Numbered from the stretch's first letter, positions 9,926-20,368 are shown. The stretch: 50,592 nucleotides of DNA from an uncultured Candidatus Saccharibacteria bacterium (GCA_964624785.1 CAZUXR010000004.1:1-50592), one strand, 5' to 3'. Notes: generated by a model not told the origin, from the sequence alone. Made by a program: numbers and translations.

Positions 9926-9934
9926 AGCATATCA
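9926..9934 (-). promoter_or_regulatory. Extended -10 promoter element upstream of the riboswitch
   Basis: TGATATGCT on the minus strand, just upstream of the riboswitch 5' end. Confidence 0.45.
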
Positions 9935-9975
9935 CGCACGGCTAAAATTACGCTGTAGTATTTTTTGCTCCTAAA

Positions 9976-10686
9976 TTACTTGGCTTTAAAACTCGATAAG
10001 ACGCTAGAAAACAGAGAGTAATCGGGGTGGTAGTTGTCATCCTTGAACATAAAAAAATACTTGTGCGAGCCTCGGGTTGGGCCGGTGACCGTTACAACAT
10101 TACCGCCTTCTGTACTGCCAGTTCCCACAACCTGGTGACTTGTATGAGTGTTGTCGCAAGGGAATGTAACTTGCTGCCAACGTGCAGTTAAGGATTCACT
10201 AGCAATAGGAGTTGATGCGTCGCGATTTGCGGGGTTAGCGCCTTGAGTAAAATTAACGCAGTTGTCAGAAATTTGCCCGGGGCTCAACCCTCCGCCCTCA
10301 GAAGGCACAACCGGTAGTAAATAATTAAACGCCATCGTCGTCGGAATTGTATCCATATAAATTCGCACCCACTTATCCGAACTTTTGCCGCCGGTATAGT
10401 TCCACTGGATGCTATGAAAACTAGGATCGTTATCACGCGCAGACTCCTTCCATTGCCCAGGCAGCTGCATACTAAACAGCGGCTCGCTAACTGTCAAAGA
10501 AACGCCCGCAGTAGCTTCATGTTTTGTAACCAGCGGCGTCTGATTGCTTGTAGCGTTGCTGGTTTTTGACTTGCTAATAAAGAAAAAATATATACCTCCG
10601 GATAGCGCCAAAACAGAAGCGGTTATTGTTATCCCTGCAAGGTAGTTTATGCGCCGAACGGCCCTGCCGTGCTTATACATAAGCAT
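9976..10686 (-). CDS. Hypothetical single-pass membrane/exported protein
   Basis: N-terminal TM helix, S/T/G-rich extracellular domain, one Cys pair; PsbP-like ending (LFSSVLSSFKAK). Confidence 0.7.
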   Translation of the reverse strand: MLMYKHGRAVRRINYLAGITITASVLALSGGIYFFFISKSKTSNATSNQTPLVTKHEATAGVSLTVSEPLFSMQLPGQWKESARDNDPSFHSIQWNYTGGKSSDKWVRIYMDTIPTTMAFNYLLPVVPSEGGGLSPGQISDNCVNFTQGANPANRDASTPIASESLTARWQQVTFPCDNTHTSHQVVGTGSTEGGNVVTVTGPTRGSHKYFFMFKDDNYHPDYSLFSSVLSSFKAK

Positions 10687-10742
10687 TATTATAGTCTACC
10701 TGCGAAAAAAACTAGGAATTGTCAGATACGAAGATTTGTTAG

Positions 10743-12086
10743 CTACTGCGATTTTAGCAAGGTAATAATAACCGACCAAGAAAAGTTTTTTATTCGCTGG
10801 CCTTTGCCAGTACGAGGATTATAAAATTCGTAGAACCCTTGGCTTATCAGGTCGTGTGAATATCCTACGATTAGCGAACTCAGCTGGGCGCTCAAGTTTT
10901 GCATTAGTTTTGTTTCTTCATTATCTAACAGGTCCTGGCGCTCGGCCTGCATAGCTAGCCCTTCGGCAATAAAATAGTTGGTGTTTATCCAGGTTCCACC
11001 ACGCCATATCCGACCTTTTTCGCTGTAGTGCGGATCGTAGTTGGGGCTGTTGGTTGCCACGCTAGGCAGCGGATAGTTAGCGTTAAACGAAGTTAAAATC
11101 ATTCTAAGGCAAGAAGATAATTGTTCCGACTTAAGGTTCGTTAAAGTCAGCGGAAACAAATTACTAACAGACACTTCTTCAATCGGTTCACTATTATTTA
11201 GCGCATAAAAAGCTCCCTGCCCACCGCGGGCTTCCGGAAACCACATTTTACTCAAAATTTGATCCTTAACCCCCTCGCCGACATAGCTAAATTCTTCCGC
11301 ATCCTCAAATTCTCCGACAATTTTGGCAAGTTCACTCATCTTTTGCAAATTATTAGCATAAAGACAATTAAACATAACGTCATTCACCTTAAAATGCTTT
11401 GTAGTTTTGTCTGTATCCCACTTTTTAATCCTAAAAAGACCGTTCAACGCTAGCACGCTCCCGTAGTCCAGCCCAGCATTAACTTTGTCTATTATTCGTG
11501 GGGTTTTTTCGCCACGCCGTGGAATCCGCACCTTAAAAAAGTCAAAGGTTGGATCGGAATCACGGCCTGTTTCGTGAGGGTGTGTGTTAAAAATCAGTCT
11601 GTCGTAGGGTCCGTTCTGCCGATTATCAGAAAAGAATTTATAGGCTTGTTTAAGTTTGGGGTAATTTTTAGTCAAAAAATCTTGTGCAGCTTGCTCGTTA
11701 CCTGAACGCAAATACGACTCATATGTCGCTAGTGCCGCGTCCGCCATAATCGGCGGTTGAGTGTAGTCGCTGCTTCTGCGCGGATGCAAGTACGTAAAGC
11801 GTTCTGGGTCAAACTTTCTGCCTCCGGGGGCAAATTGAGTGTTAGGTATGAAACCATTCGATTGCATTCCATCAAGTAGTACCTCTACCTCCTCTGCCCC
11901 TTTATCGGGCAGATCTTTTTCGGCAAGAAATGTTGCCGAAAGCATTGAATCCCACAAGAATAGATGCGGATAATGATCCGGCGAGGGCGGGGTGTAGGGT
12001 GGATTTTCTATGCCAAACCGGTTAGTTAGCGACTGGCGATTATGCAAAATCAGCTCCAGCGGATCAAGAATCAACCTCTCAGACAT
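10743..12086 (-). CDS. GH63-like (mannosylglycerate hydrolase/trehalase-like) glycoside hydrolase
   Basis: YPHLFLWDS, TQPP, HPHETGRDSDP, IWRGGTWINTNY, FYEFYNPRTGKG..FSWS motifs of this (alpha/alpha)6 clan. Confidence 0.82.
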   Translation of the reverse strand: MSERLILDPLELILHNRQSLTNRFGIENPPYTPPSPDHYPHLFLWDSMLSATFLAEKDLPDKGAEEVEVLLDGMQSNGFIPNTQFAPGGRKFDPERFTYLHPRRSSDYTQPPIMADAALATYESYLRSGNEQAAQDFLTKNYPKLKQAYKFFSDNRQNGPYDRLIFNTHPHETGRDSDPTFDFFKVRIPRRGEKTPRIIDKVNAGLDYGSVLALNGLFRIKKWDTDKTTKHFKVNDVMFNCLYANNLQKMSELAKIVGEFEDAEEFSYVGEGVKDQILSKMWFPEARGGQGAFYALNNSEPIEEVSVSNLFPLTLTNLKSEQLSSCLRMILTSFNANYPLPSVATNSPNYDPHYSEKGRIWRGGTWINTNYFIAEGLAMQAERQDLLDNEETKLMQNLSAQLSSLIVGYSHDLISQGFYEFYNPRTGKGQRIKNFSWSVIITLLKSQ

Positions 12087-12207
12087 GGCTCAATCATACA
12101 CGCATTTAAAGACACTTTGTCCAAAATATGTTTTTTGTACAACCGCTTCCTTAACATGGTCATGGTTTTTTGTTATTATTAATGCTTAGAGACATCACTT
12201 GTGAACC

Positions 12208-15200
12208 GTGAGGGAAATTATGGTAGATATTCGGCCGCTGCGGCGACACTTAAAGCAGTTTTTGCGAACAGGCCGAAAGAGTACCCTGACCGCTACTGTA
12301 AGAAGCTCTAAATTTTTACTCGCTCGGACCAAATTTGGCTTGATCTGCGCTAAGCGTTTAGCAAAGCTCACACATCATCATACAGCTCATCGGCCACACG
12401 TACATCTGCGAAAAAAGTGGAGCTGGTACGACAATTGGCATAGCAACGATTATCATCACCGCGTACATTACGCGGTTTTAGCATTTTATGTGATGGTCGT
12501 CGGCGGTTTTGTGCTAGCCGCGTACAAACAAACTCACGCTCTATCAGACCTGACAGATAGCTGGAACTTTTCTAGCTCCGCCCCATATACAATCGATAGC
12601 GGCCTAGAGACAAGTGGCAGCAGCGTGCGACTTAAACCACAAAACTACTCTTCAGATTCCAACACGAAAGCCCTTTATCACATGGACGAATCCAGTGGGA
12701 CTACGGCTACAGACAGTTCCGCTAATTCTAATAATTCTACGGTGGCCAACGGTACTTTCACGACCGGAAATTTAGGTAACGGCCTATCCGTAAATGGCAC
12801 AACCACTAACGCCAGCGCCCCGGACACCCCTTCACTTTCTCTATCCCAAAGCAACACCGTAGAAGCGTGGACTAAGTTATCTTCCACACTTGGTGCTGGC
12901 ACCGCAGACCGCAAACAGGGAATTATAGACAAAGGGTCATACAAACTTTATTACGACCAAGAAACCGGCAAAGTCACCTACGAATTAGCTAATTCAACCG
13001 CGACCACATGGTCACAGCAAGCCGGCAACGATGTTAAAGGCAGTTGGGATTTGAATGGTAAATTTTCCGTTACCTCACAGGTCGCGATCGGTTCCAATGT
13101 ATATGCTGGGTTAGGTAACGCTGTGGGCGATGCCGAGATTTGGAAGTGGAATGGGACGATTTGGTCGCAAGTGGGGGGCGACGGCAATAATGGTAGTTGG
13201 GCGGATCAGACGTACGAAAATGTTACATCAATGGCCGCAAGCGGGAATACATTGTATGCCGGACTGGGAACTACCGCCGGAGATGGTGAAGTTTGGAGCT
13301 GCGACACATCTACAGGCTGCGGCTCCTGGACAAAGATTGGTGGGGATGGTATCAATTCTGGCTGGGCGGTCAACACAATAGAGGAAGTAGACAGCATGAC
13401 CGTAATGAGTGGAAACCTATATGTAGGGCTAGGTACAACGGCAAATGATGCTCGTATTTATAAATGGAACGGCAGCAGCTGGACATGGGTTGGTGGGTTT
13501 GGGATTGGCGCTCCGTACAATGCTTTCCCAACTGGCTATGAAGCAGTTTATAGTTTATCCAACGATGGAACGAATATTTATGCCGGTTTTGGCAACACTG
13601 CTGGAGATGCTGACGTATGGAAATTAAACGGAAATACTTGGACACAAATTGGTGGTGATGGGTTAAATAGCGGTTGGGTGGCCGCAACAGTAGAACAGGT
13701 ATTCAGCCTTTTTTACCAAGGCGGCAATCTGTACGCCGGTACTGGCAATACGGCTGGCGATGGCGATTTATGGATGTGGAACGGAACCTTATGGCTACAA
13801 ATTGGCGGTGACTCATTGCTGAGTAGTTGGGCGACATCAACTTACGAAGGGGTTTACAGTATCGCGGGCGATGGAACGAATATTTATGCCGGACTAGGTA
13901 ATACTGCTGGTGATAACGAAGTCTGGAAGTGGAGTGGGACTACTTGGTCACAAATTGGTGGTGATGGGTTAAATAGCGGTTTTACAAACACTCACACCAT
14001 CGTCCAGTCCCTTTTATACGCTAACTCTACTCTATATGCGGGGTTAACTGCGACGTCGGCAAACGCGGAAGAATGGACATACAATGGCACCGCCTGGACA
14101 AGGATTGGCGGCGGCTACGTAAATAAAAGCTGGGGATTCTTTAATATGCAAAACGTGGAGTCTATGAATGTCTCTGGCAATTATTTATATGCTGGCACGG
14201 GTAATACTGTGGCAGGCAATGCGCAAGTCTGGCGATTTGACGGAAATACTTGGGATATTGTTGGCGGACAAGGTATTAATGGCAGCTGGGCGGCCGGTAC
14301 TTACGAAGACTTAATGAGCATGATTAGTTATGGCGGAAATTTATATGTCGGATTAGGTACAACCGCGAACGATGCCGAAGTTTGGAAGTATAACGGGACA
14401 TCGTGGACGCAGGTGGGTGGAGACAGTCTGAATAGTAGTTGGGGTGCGGGCTACGAAGAAGTCAGCTCGCTAGCTAGTTATGGTGGGAATTTATATGCCG
14501 GGCTAGGCAACTCTGCCAACGACGCGGAAGTTTGGCGATACAACGGAACATCGTGGACTAAAATTGGGGGCGACAGCATTAACAGCGGATGGACAGCTAA
14601 TTACGAACGAGTTTCATCTATGGCTGTTTATGGCGGGAATTTATATGCCGGGCTAGGTGCGTCGGTTGGAGATGCCGAAGTTTGGAAGTGGTCGGGATCT
14701 GCCTGGAGCAAAGTTGGTGGTGATGGATTAAATAGCAGTTTTAATACCAACTACGAACAGGTCGAAAGTTTGCTGCCATACAATGGCAAGCTTTATGCTG
14801 GGTTGGGCAATACGACTGGCGACGCCGAAGTCTGGGAATATAACGGAACAACCTGGTCACAAATTGGTGGTGATGGGTTAAGTGGTAGTTGGATTGACGG
14901 GCAATACGAACAGGCGAAAAGCCTGGTTGTCTATAACGGCAAGCTCTATGCCGGGTTGGGCAACTCTGCCGGTGATGGCGAGGTTTGGGAGTACAGCAAC
15001 GGCACCTGGAGTAAATCTGGTGGAGGCGGCACAAACGGCAGCTGGGCCGCCAACAACATCGAAACTCTAAGAAGTTTTAGCGTCTACAAAGGTAAGCTTT
15101 ATGCTGGGCTGGGTGATACCGCTAATGTCGATGCTCAAATATGGTCGCTAGGCAATAATGGCTTTTTGCAGTCCGCTACGGTTGGGCAAAACACCAACTG

Positions 15201-18200
15201 GCATCACATCGCAGGCACCTACGACGGCACCACCATGAAAATATATATCGATGGAAATGTTGACGCCCAAACTAATGTATCGCTCACCATGCCTGATTCC
15301 ACCCAGCCACTCCTCGTCGGATCCACGTTTGGAACTTCCGAAGCCGGTTTAGCTCAAGGCTACTTAAGCGGTTCTATTGACGAAGTACGAGTTAGCGATA
15401 CCGCTCGGACTAACTTAACCTCTAAGCCCTACAGCAGCGCCGCGCAAACCGTAACGCTATCCAACGCGGTGCGCAAAAATGGCGTTTGGCACTGGGATAA
15501 TTTTACGGATAACGAAACAAGCGGCGGCGGCACGGTGAATTATCGATTATCGTCCGACGATGGAACTACCTGGCAGTATTGGGATGGTAGCGGCTGGGTG
15601 CTTTCTACTAGTACCACGCAAGCCAATAATATCGCTATTGCTGACGCGCATATTGGAAGTTTCCCTGTTAATTTTAATGGAATAAAGTGGCAGGCGATTC
15701 TGCAAGGAGATGGCACGCAGCAAGTTACACTAAATACTGTCGGGCTGGCTTCTACATCCGATGTCGTAACACCTTCTGCCAACGCTAGCAATATTACTGC
15801 CCAAAAAACCAATGGCGGGGCGGCACTCGCATCAAACGCCTGGACAAATGGTAGTTCCCCCTACTTTAACTGGACAGCTGGCACGGACGCCGAATCGGGC
15901 ATCAAGGGCTACTGCTTATATCTTGGAACCGACAATACTGCAGATCCCCTAACCTCTAAGGGTTTACTCGGGACCAGCCCCGTATCAACCGGCAACCATT
16001 GTCAGTTTATTGTAAGTAACACTAACTTTGATGGTGGCACAGCGGGCTATATTGGAACAGCACTCACTACAAGCAATAACCCTTACTATCTAACTATCAA
16101 AGCTATAGATAACGCTGGTAATATATCCGATACCTCCACCCAATTTCACTTCCGATTCGACAACACTCCACCAACTAACCCTGGTTATATAACCGCGCCT
16201 TCCGGATTCATAAATACTAAAGCTGTTAGTTTAACCTGGCCAACTTCTGGAAGCGGAACTCCAGCCGACTCGAACTCAGGAGTTGCGGGCTTGCAATATA
16301 AAATTAATAGTTCGACTTGGTATGGTGATAGTCACAGCGGTACAGGTAATGCCAGCGACTTGCTTGCCAATGATGGCAGCTACACAACCACCGATCCGCC
16401 TGATTATGGCAATATTGACGAAGGTGTTAACACCGTTTATTTCCGCACCTGGGACCAGGCAGGCAATGTAACTAGTGGTTATGTTACCGCCGCGCTAAAG
16501 GTGAACACCGCAGGAGCACCAAGCGAGCCCCAAGGACTTACCGCCACTCCAACAACCAGTGTAAACAACAGCTTCTCTTTTGGCTGGTCGACTCCATTAA
16601 CTTTTGTGGGGGATGCCGACCATCTTAATTATTGCTACACCGTTAATACCCTGCCTTCGGCTGGCACCTGCACGTTTACCGGCCAGGGAATTACTAGCCT
16701 AGCTTCTGGCCCATTTGCTACTCAGCCAGGAGCTAACACTCTCTATGTTGTCGCCAAAGACGAATCCAATAACATTAATTACGCCAGTTACGCTTCTGTG
16801 GCCTTCACCGCCAATACGCCAGCTCCAGGTATCCCGCTCAACGTAGATATCGTAGATGTTTCCATAAAAGCCACCAGTAGCTGGCGCCTAGCTCTAACTT
16901 GGGATATACCGTCTTATGCCGGAGCGGGAATATCCAGCTACAAAATATACCGCTCCACAAACAACAGCACGTTTACACCAATCGGCAGCAGTACCAGCAC
17001 CACATACATCGACGCCGGACTAAGCCAACAAATTTACTACTACAGAGTTACTTCTTGCGATAGCACCAATAATTGCGGAGCCAACAGTACGACGGTTAAT
17101 GCTCTGCCAACCGGTAAATTCACAACTCCTGCCAAGATAGTATCCGAACCAACTACTAGCAACATCACCACCAGAAAAGCTCGCGTATCCTGGAGTACCG
17201 ACCGAGCCAGCGACTCTAAAATTGCAATTGGTACGACAAGCGGCAAATACAGTCCAAGCGAAGTTGGCAATTCCGACCAAGTTAGCTCTCACCAAATCGA
17301 CCTAGACAATCTTGCGGCCGGCACTACATACTACTACGTCACCAAGTGGACAGACGAGGACGGCAATACCGGCACGAGCCAAGAATATACATTTACTACT
17401 TCCCCCGCGCCTTCGTTAAAAGAAGTATCGGTTGTTCGAGTTGGACTTAGTTCCGCTACTATACAATTCACGTCCAAGAGTGCTAACAAAGTAGCGGTAT
17501 ACTTTGGCAAGTCAGAATCATACGGTGGCTTGCAAACGATCAACACTTCTGTTGCAGAATCTACGTACAATGTGGAGCTGGACGGCTTAGACGACGGGGC
17601 CAAATACTTCTACAAACTTGTAAGTTACGATAGCGAAGGCAATAGTTACGACGGCAGCGTTGCGTCATTTAATACCCCGCAGCGCCCGCACATAGCCAAC
17701 CTGCGCTTCCAGCCAGTCGCTGGCGAACCAACCAGCACACAAATGATAAGCTGGGACACCAACGTAACATCTACTAGCACTATTACTTACGGAAAGGCCG
17801 GTGGTGGTACCACTGACTCCCAGACATCAGATCTGGTTACCAGCCACGAAATTATTATCCGCGGTCTAGAAGACGACAGCGAGTATTCTCTTATAGCCCA
17901 GTCGCGAGACAAAGACGGTAACCTAGCAGTGTCCGACCGCCACTCGTTCCATACCTCCCTAGATACTCGCCCACCAAAAATTAGTAACATATCAGTCGAG
18001 CCATCAGTCCGTGGAGTTGGAGCCGAAGCCCGCGGACAGGTAGTTGTATCCTGGCATACCGACGAACCAGCAACCAGCCAAGTGGCCTATGCCGAAGGTT
18101 CGGGTGCTACCGTGTTTAACAGTAAAACGGCTGAAGACACCGGCTTAAGCACAGAGCACGTCGTGATCGTATCCGACCTGCCGACATCAAAAGTCTATAG

Positions 18201-18333
18201 CCTCCAACCTGTTTCGCACGACCGTGCCGGCAACGCCGGAACAGGTGCCGTACAATCCGCAATTATTGGGCGAGCATCCGACAGCGTACTAACCATAATT
18301 CTTAATACTCTCAAGAAAGTTTTTGGGTTCTAA
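12208..18333 (+). CDS. Giant surface protein: N-terminal TM, split LamG-like domain with 14 propeller-like repeats, Ig/FN3-like stalk
   Basis: LamG halves LYHMDESSG...TVEAW and WHHIAGTYDG...GSIDEVRVS; 14 x ~50-aa repeats WxxIGGDGxNxxW...LYAGLGNxxGDAEVW; FN3-like segments (LDNLAAGTTYYY, LDGLDDGAKYFY, IRGLEDDSEYS). Start may be ATG at 12220. Confidence 0.85.
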   Translation: MREIMVDIRPLRRHLKQFLRTGRKSTLTATVRSSKFLLARTKFGLICAKRLAKLTHHHTAHRPHVHLRKKWSWYDNWHSNDYHHRVHYAVLAFYVMVVGGFVLAAYKQTHALSDLTDSWNFSSSAPYTIDSGLETSGSSVRLKPQNYSSDSNTKALYHMDESSGTTATDSSANSNNSTVANGTFTTGNLGNGLSVNGTTTNASAPDTPSLSLSQSNTVEAWTKLSSTLGAGTADRKQGIIDKGSYKLYYDQETGKVTYELANSTATTWSQQAGNDVKGSWDLNGKFSVTSQVAIGSNVYAGLGNAVGDAEIWKWNGTIWSQVGGDGNNGSWADQTYENVTSMAASGNTLYAGLGTTAGDGEVWSCDTSTGCGSWTKIGGDGINSGWAVNTIEEVDSMTVMSGNLYVGLGTTANDARIYKWNGSSWTWVGGFGIGAPYNAFPTGYEAVYSLSNDGTNIYAGFGNTAGDADVWKLNGNTWTQIGGDGLNSGWVAATVEQVFSLFYQGGNLYAGTGNTAGDGDLWMWNGTLWLQIGGDSLLSSWATSTYEGVYSIAGDGTNIYAGLGNTAGDNEVWKWSGTTWSQIGGDGLNSGFTNTHTIVQSLLYANSTLYAGLTATSANAEEWTYNGTAWTRIGGGYVNKSWGFFNMQNVESMNVSGNYLYAGTGNTVAGNAQVWRFDGNTWDIVGGQGINGSWAAGTYEDLMSMISYGGNLYVGLGTTANDAEVWKYNGTSWTQVGGDSLNSSWGAGYEEVSSLASYGGNLYAGLGNSANDAEVWRYNGTSWTKIGGDSINSGWTANYERVSSMAVYGGNLYAGLGASVGDAEVWKWSGSAWSKVGGDGLNSSFNTNYEQVESLLPYNGKLYAGLGNTTGDAEVWEYNGTTWSQIGGDGLSGSWIDGQYEQAKSLVVYNGKLYAGLGNSAGDGEVWEYSNGTWSKSGGGGTNGSWAANNIETLRSFSVYKGKLYAGLGDTANVDAQIWSLGNNGFLQSATVGQNTNWHHIAGTYDGTTMKIYIDGNVDAQTNVSLTMPDSTQPLLVGSTFGTSEAGLAQGYLSGSIDEVRVSDTARTNLTSKPYSSAAQTVTLSNAVRKNGVWHWDNFTDNETSGGGTVNYRLSSDDGTTWQYWDGSGWVLSTSTTQANNIAIADAHIGSFPVNFNGIKWQAILQGDGTQQVTLNTVGLASTSDVVTPSANASNITAQKTNGGAALASNAWTNGSSPYFNWTAGTDAESGIKGYCLYLGTDNTADPLTSKGLLGTSPVSTGNHCQFIVSNTNFDGGTAGYIGTALTTSNNPYYLTIKAIDNAGNISDTSTQFHFRFDNTPPTNPGYITAPSGFINTKAVSLTWPTSGSGTPADSNSGVAGLQYKINSSTWYGDSHSGTGNASDLLANDGSYTTTDPPDYGNIDEGVNTVYFRTWDQAGNVTSGYVTAALKVNTAGAPSEPQGLTATPTTSVNNSFSFGWSTPLTFVGDADHLNYCYTVNTLPSAGTCTFTGQGITSLASGPFATQPGANTLYVVAKDESNNINYASYASVAFTANTPAPGIPLNVDIVDVSIKATSSWRLALTWDIPSYAGAGISSYKIYRSTNNSTFTPIGSSTSTTYIDAGLSQQIYYYRVTSCDSTNNCGANSTTVNALPTGKFTTPAKIVSEPTTSNITTRKARVSWSTDRASDSKIAIGTTSGKYSPSEVGNSDQVSSHQIDLDNLAAGTTYYYVTKWTDEDGNTGTSQEYTFTTSPAPSLKEVSVVRVGLSSATIQFTSKSANKVAVYFGKSESYGGLQTINTSVAESTYNVELDGLDDGAKYFYKLVSYDSEGNSYDGSVASFNTPQRPHIANLRFQPVAGEPTSTQMISWDTNVTSTSTITYGKAGGGTTDSQTSDLVTSHEIIIRGLEDDSEYSLIAQSRDKDGNLAVSDRHSFHTSLDTRPPKISNISVEPSVRGVGAEARGQVVVSWHTDEPATSQVAYAEGSGATVFNSKTAEDTGLSTEHVVIVSDLPTSKVYSLQPVSHDRAGNAGTGAVQSAIIGRASDSVLTIILNTLKKVFGF
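13003..15156 (+). repeat. 14 intragenic tandem ~150-bp repeats encoding propeller-like blades
   Basis: Counted in the translation; includes an identical 33-bp stretch at 13643-13675 and 13949-13981. Confidence 0.85.
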
Positions 18334-18336
18334 ATA

Positions 18337-19125
18337 ATGAGTGTCGCTTTAATCAAAGCAACTAACATTCGTCAGGAATTCAAGGTTGGCGACGAAGTAA
18401 TTACGCCCCTCAAAGGAGCAACGTTCGAAATAGGGGAGAATAGTTTTAACATTGTTTACGGACCATCAGGTAGCGGAAAGTCCACGCTCCTAAACGTGCT
18501 AACTGGTTTACAAAATCCAACAAGCGGCAAAGTTCTGTTCGAAGGCCGTGATGTTTATGCTCTAAAGCCAGATGAGCTTGCCCACTTCCGCGCTAACCAA
18601 ATTGGGATTGTCTACCAAACAAACTATTGGGTAAAGAGCCTGAATGTCATAGAGAACGTATCTATGCCGCTATATTTTTTGGGATACACTAGGCCTAAAG
18701 CGGCAAAGATTGCTATGACAGCTCTGGAGCGGATTAACATGGGTGGTTATGCAAAAAAATTCCCTGTTTTACTATCCGGCGGCGAACAGCAGAGGATAGC
18801 GATGGCTCGCGCACTAGTTAATAATCCCCTGTTTATAATCGCCGACGAACCAACCGGCAGCCTAGATAGCAAGAACGGAGACATGATTATGAACTTGCTC
18901 CAAAACTGCCAAACAGAATTTAAACGCACTGTTATATTGGTCACCCACAACATGGAATACCTGCCACTCGCCGACCACCTATTACACATCCAAGACGGCG
19001 AAGTGCAAGAAATGAGCAACGCTTCTATCCAAACAGCGACCAACGATATGATAGACGAAATGCGCGAGCGCATTAACAAACTAGCTCGATCCAAGCAGTC
19101 TCAAAACAAAAAGGCAGCAAAATAA
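18337..19125 (+). CDS. ABC transporter ATP-binding protein (MacB/LolD/FtsE family)
   Basis: Walker A GPSGSGKST, signature LSGGEQQR, Walker B IIADEPTG, VTH H-loop. Confidence 0.93.
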   Translation: MSVALIKATNIRQEFKVGDEVITPLKGATFEIGENSFNIVYGPSGSGKSTLLNVLTGLQNPTSGKVLFEGRDVYALKPDELAHFRANQIGIVYQTNYWVKSLNVIENVSMPLYFLGYTRPKAAKIAMTALERINMGGYAKKFPVLLSGGEQQRIAMARALVNNPLFIIADEPTGSLDSKNGDMIMNLLQNCQTEFKRTVILVTHNMEYLPLADHLLHIQDGEVQEMSNASIQTATNDMIDEMRERINKLARSKQSQNKKAAK

Positions 19126-20366
19126 TGGACCATCTAAACGCCAAACCACCAGCACGCAAAAAACCCCGCTATACAGCTATTCCTCTCCGAACAATCGTCT
19201 ATATAGCTTGGCGTAACCTGGTAAGCAAAAAACTCCGCACATTCTTAACGATTTTTGGAGTTGTTATTGGTATTGGCGCAATCTTCTTCCTGTTGTCGTT
19301 TGGCCTTGGCGTACAGAATTTGGTAGTCAAAGAAATAATCGGCAATCAATCCATTAAATCTATAGACATATCCACGCCTAACTCTAAAATCATAAAACTT
19401 AATAACGAAAACGTCACTAAAATAAAAGATTTACCGCATGTAGAAAAAGCCGGTTTGCAATTTTCGTTCCCGGGAAGCTTAAAGCAAAAAGGCAGCGAAA
19501 TCGACACTGTAGTTTATGGTATTAACGGCGATTACCAGTCACTAAGCGACCTGGCCGTAAGCAAAGGGCGGCTACTCAACAAAGACGACAACAAATCTAT
19601 CATGATTAATGATTCGGCTCGGGCGGCTATGGGATTCAAGGATTCTACTGGCGCAGTCGGCAAAAAGATCACCCTTTTGGTTCCACTTAACGGAGCCAGT
19701 GCAAAGCAGCAAACTATAGAAGACCAGTTCACGGTTGTTGGGATTATAAATTCTGGATCTGGCAGCGAAGTGTTCGTGCCAAGCTTTTTATTCGAAGTTG
19801 CCGGTGTGCCAATCTACACGCAAATGAAAGTAATCGCCGACGATTCCAAAAATGTCACCGAACTACGCAAGCAAATACAAACTTACGGTTTTGAAACGTC
19901 CTCACCGGGCGATACCATCGACCAAATTAACCAAATATTTAAATTTTTTAACTTTATGCTTGTAGGATTCGGAGCGATTGGAATGATTGTAGCCGTGCTT
20001 GGCATGTTCAACACCTTGACTATTTCCCTACTGGAAAGAACTCGCGAAATTGGGCTAATGATTGCTTTGGGTGGACGCAATAACGATATGAGCAGACTAT
20101 TTGTATTCGAGGCTGTACTATTATCCGTTGTCGGAGCGAGTGTAGGAATCCTGCTGGCAACGGCCACCGCCCAAATCGTAAATATACTAATGAACAACTT
20201 CGCGCACCATCGGGGTGTAAACGAGAATTTTACCCTGTTCGCTACTCCACTATGGCTAATAGCTTCTCTTATTGGTTTTATGGTAATCGTCGGACTATTG
20301 GTCGCTTTCTTCCCCGCCAAAAGAGCCCAAAAAATAGACCCAATTGATGCCCTGCGCAGAGAATAA
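19125..20366 (+). CDS. ABC transporter permease (MacB-PCD + FtsX domain)
   Basis: RTFLTIFGVVIG, large extracytoplasmic loop, ERTREIGLMIALG, PAKRAQKIDPIDALRRE; TAATG coupling to the ATPase gene. Confidence 0.92.
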   Translation: MDHLNAKPPARKKPRYTAIPLRTIVYIAWRNLVSKKLRTFLTIFGVVIGIGAIFFLLSFGLGVQNLVVKEIIGNQSIKSIDISTPNSKIIKLNNENVTKIKDLPHVEKAGLQFSFPGSLKQKGSEIDTVVYGINGDYQSLSDLAVSKGRLLNKDDNKSIMINDSARAAMGFKDSTGAVGKKITLLVPLNGASAKQQTIEDQFTVVGIINSGSGSEVFVPSFLFEVAGVPIYTQMKVIADDSKNVTELRKQIQTYGFETSSPGDTIDQINQIFKFFNFMLVGFGAIGMIVAVLGMFNTLTISLLERTREIGLMIALGGRNNDMSRLFVFEAVLLSVVGASVGILLATATAQIVNILMNNFAHHRGVNENFTLFATPLWLIASLIGFMVIVGLLVAFFPAKRAQKIDPIDALRRE

Positions 20367-20368
20367 TT

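Noticed and set aside
13003-15156. Regularly spaced repeats as a CRISPR array
   Set aside because: They are degenerate, in-frame protein repeats; no unique spacers or cas genes.
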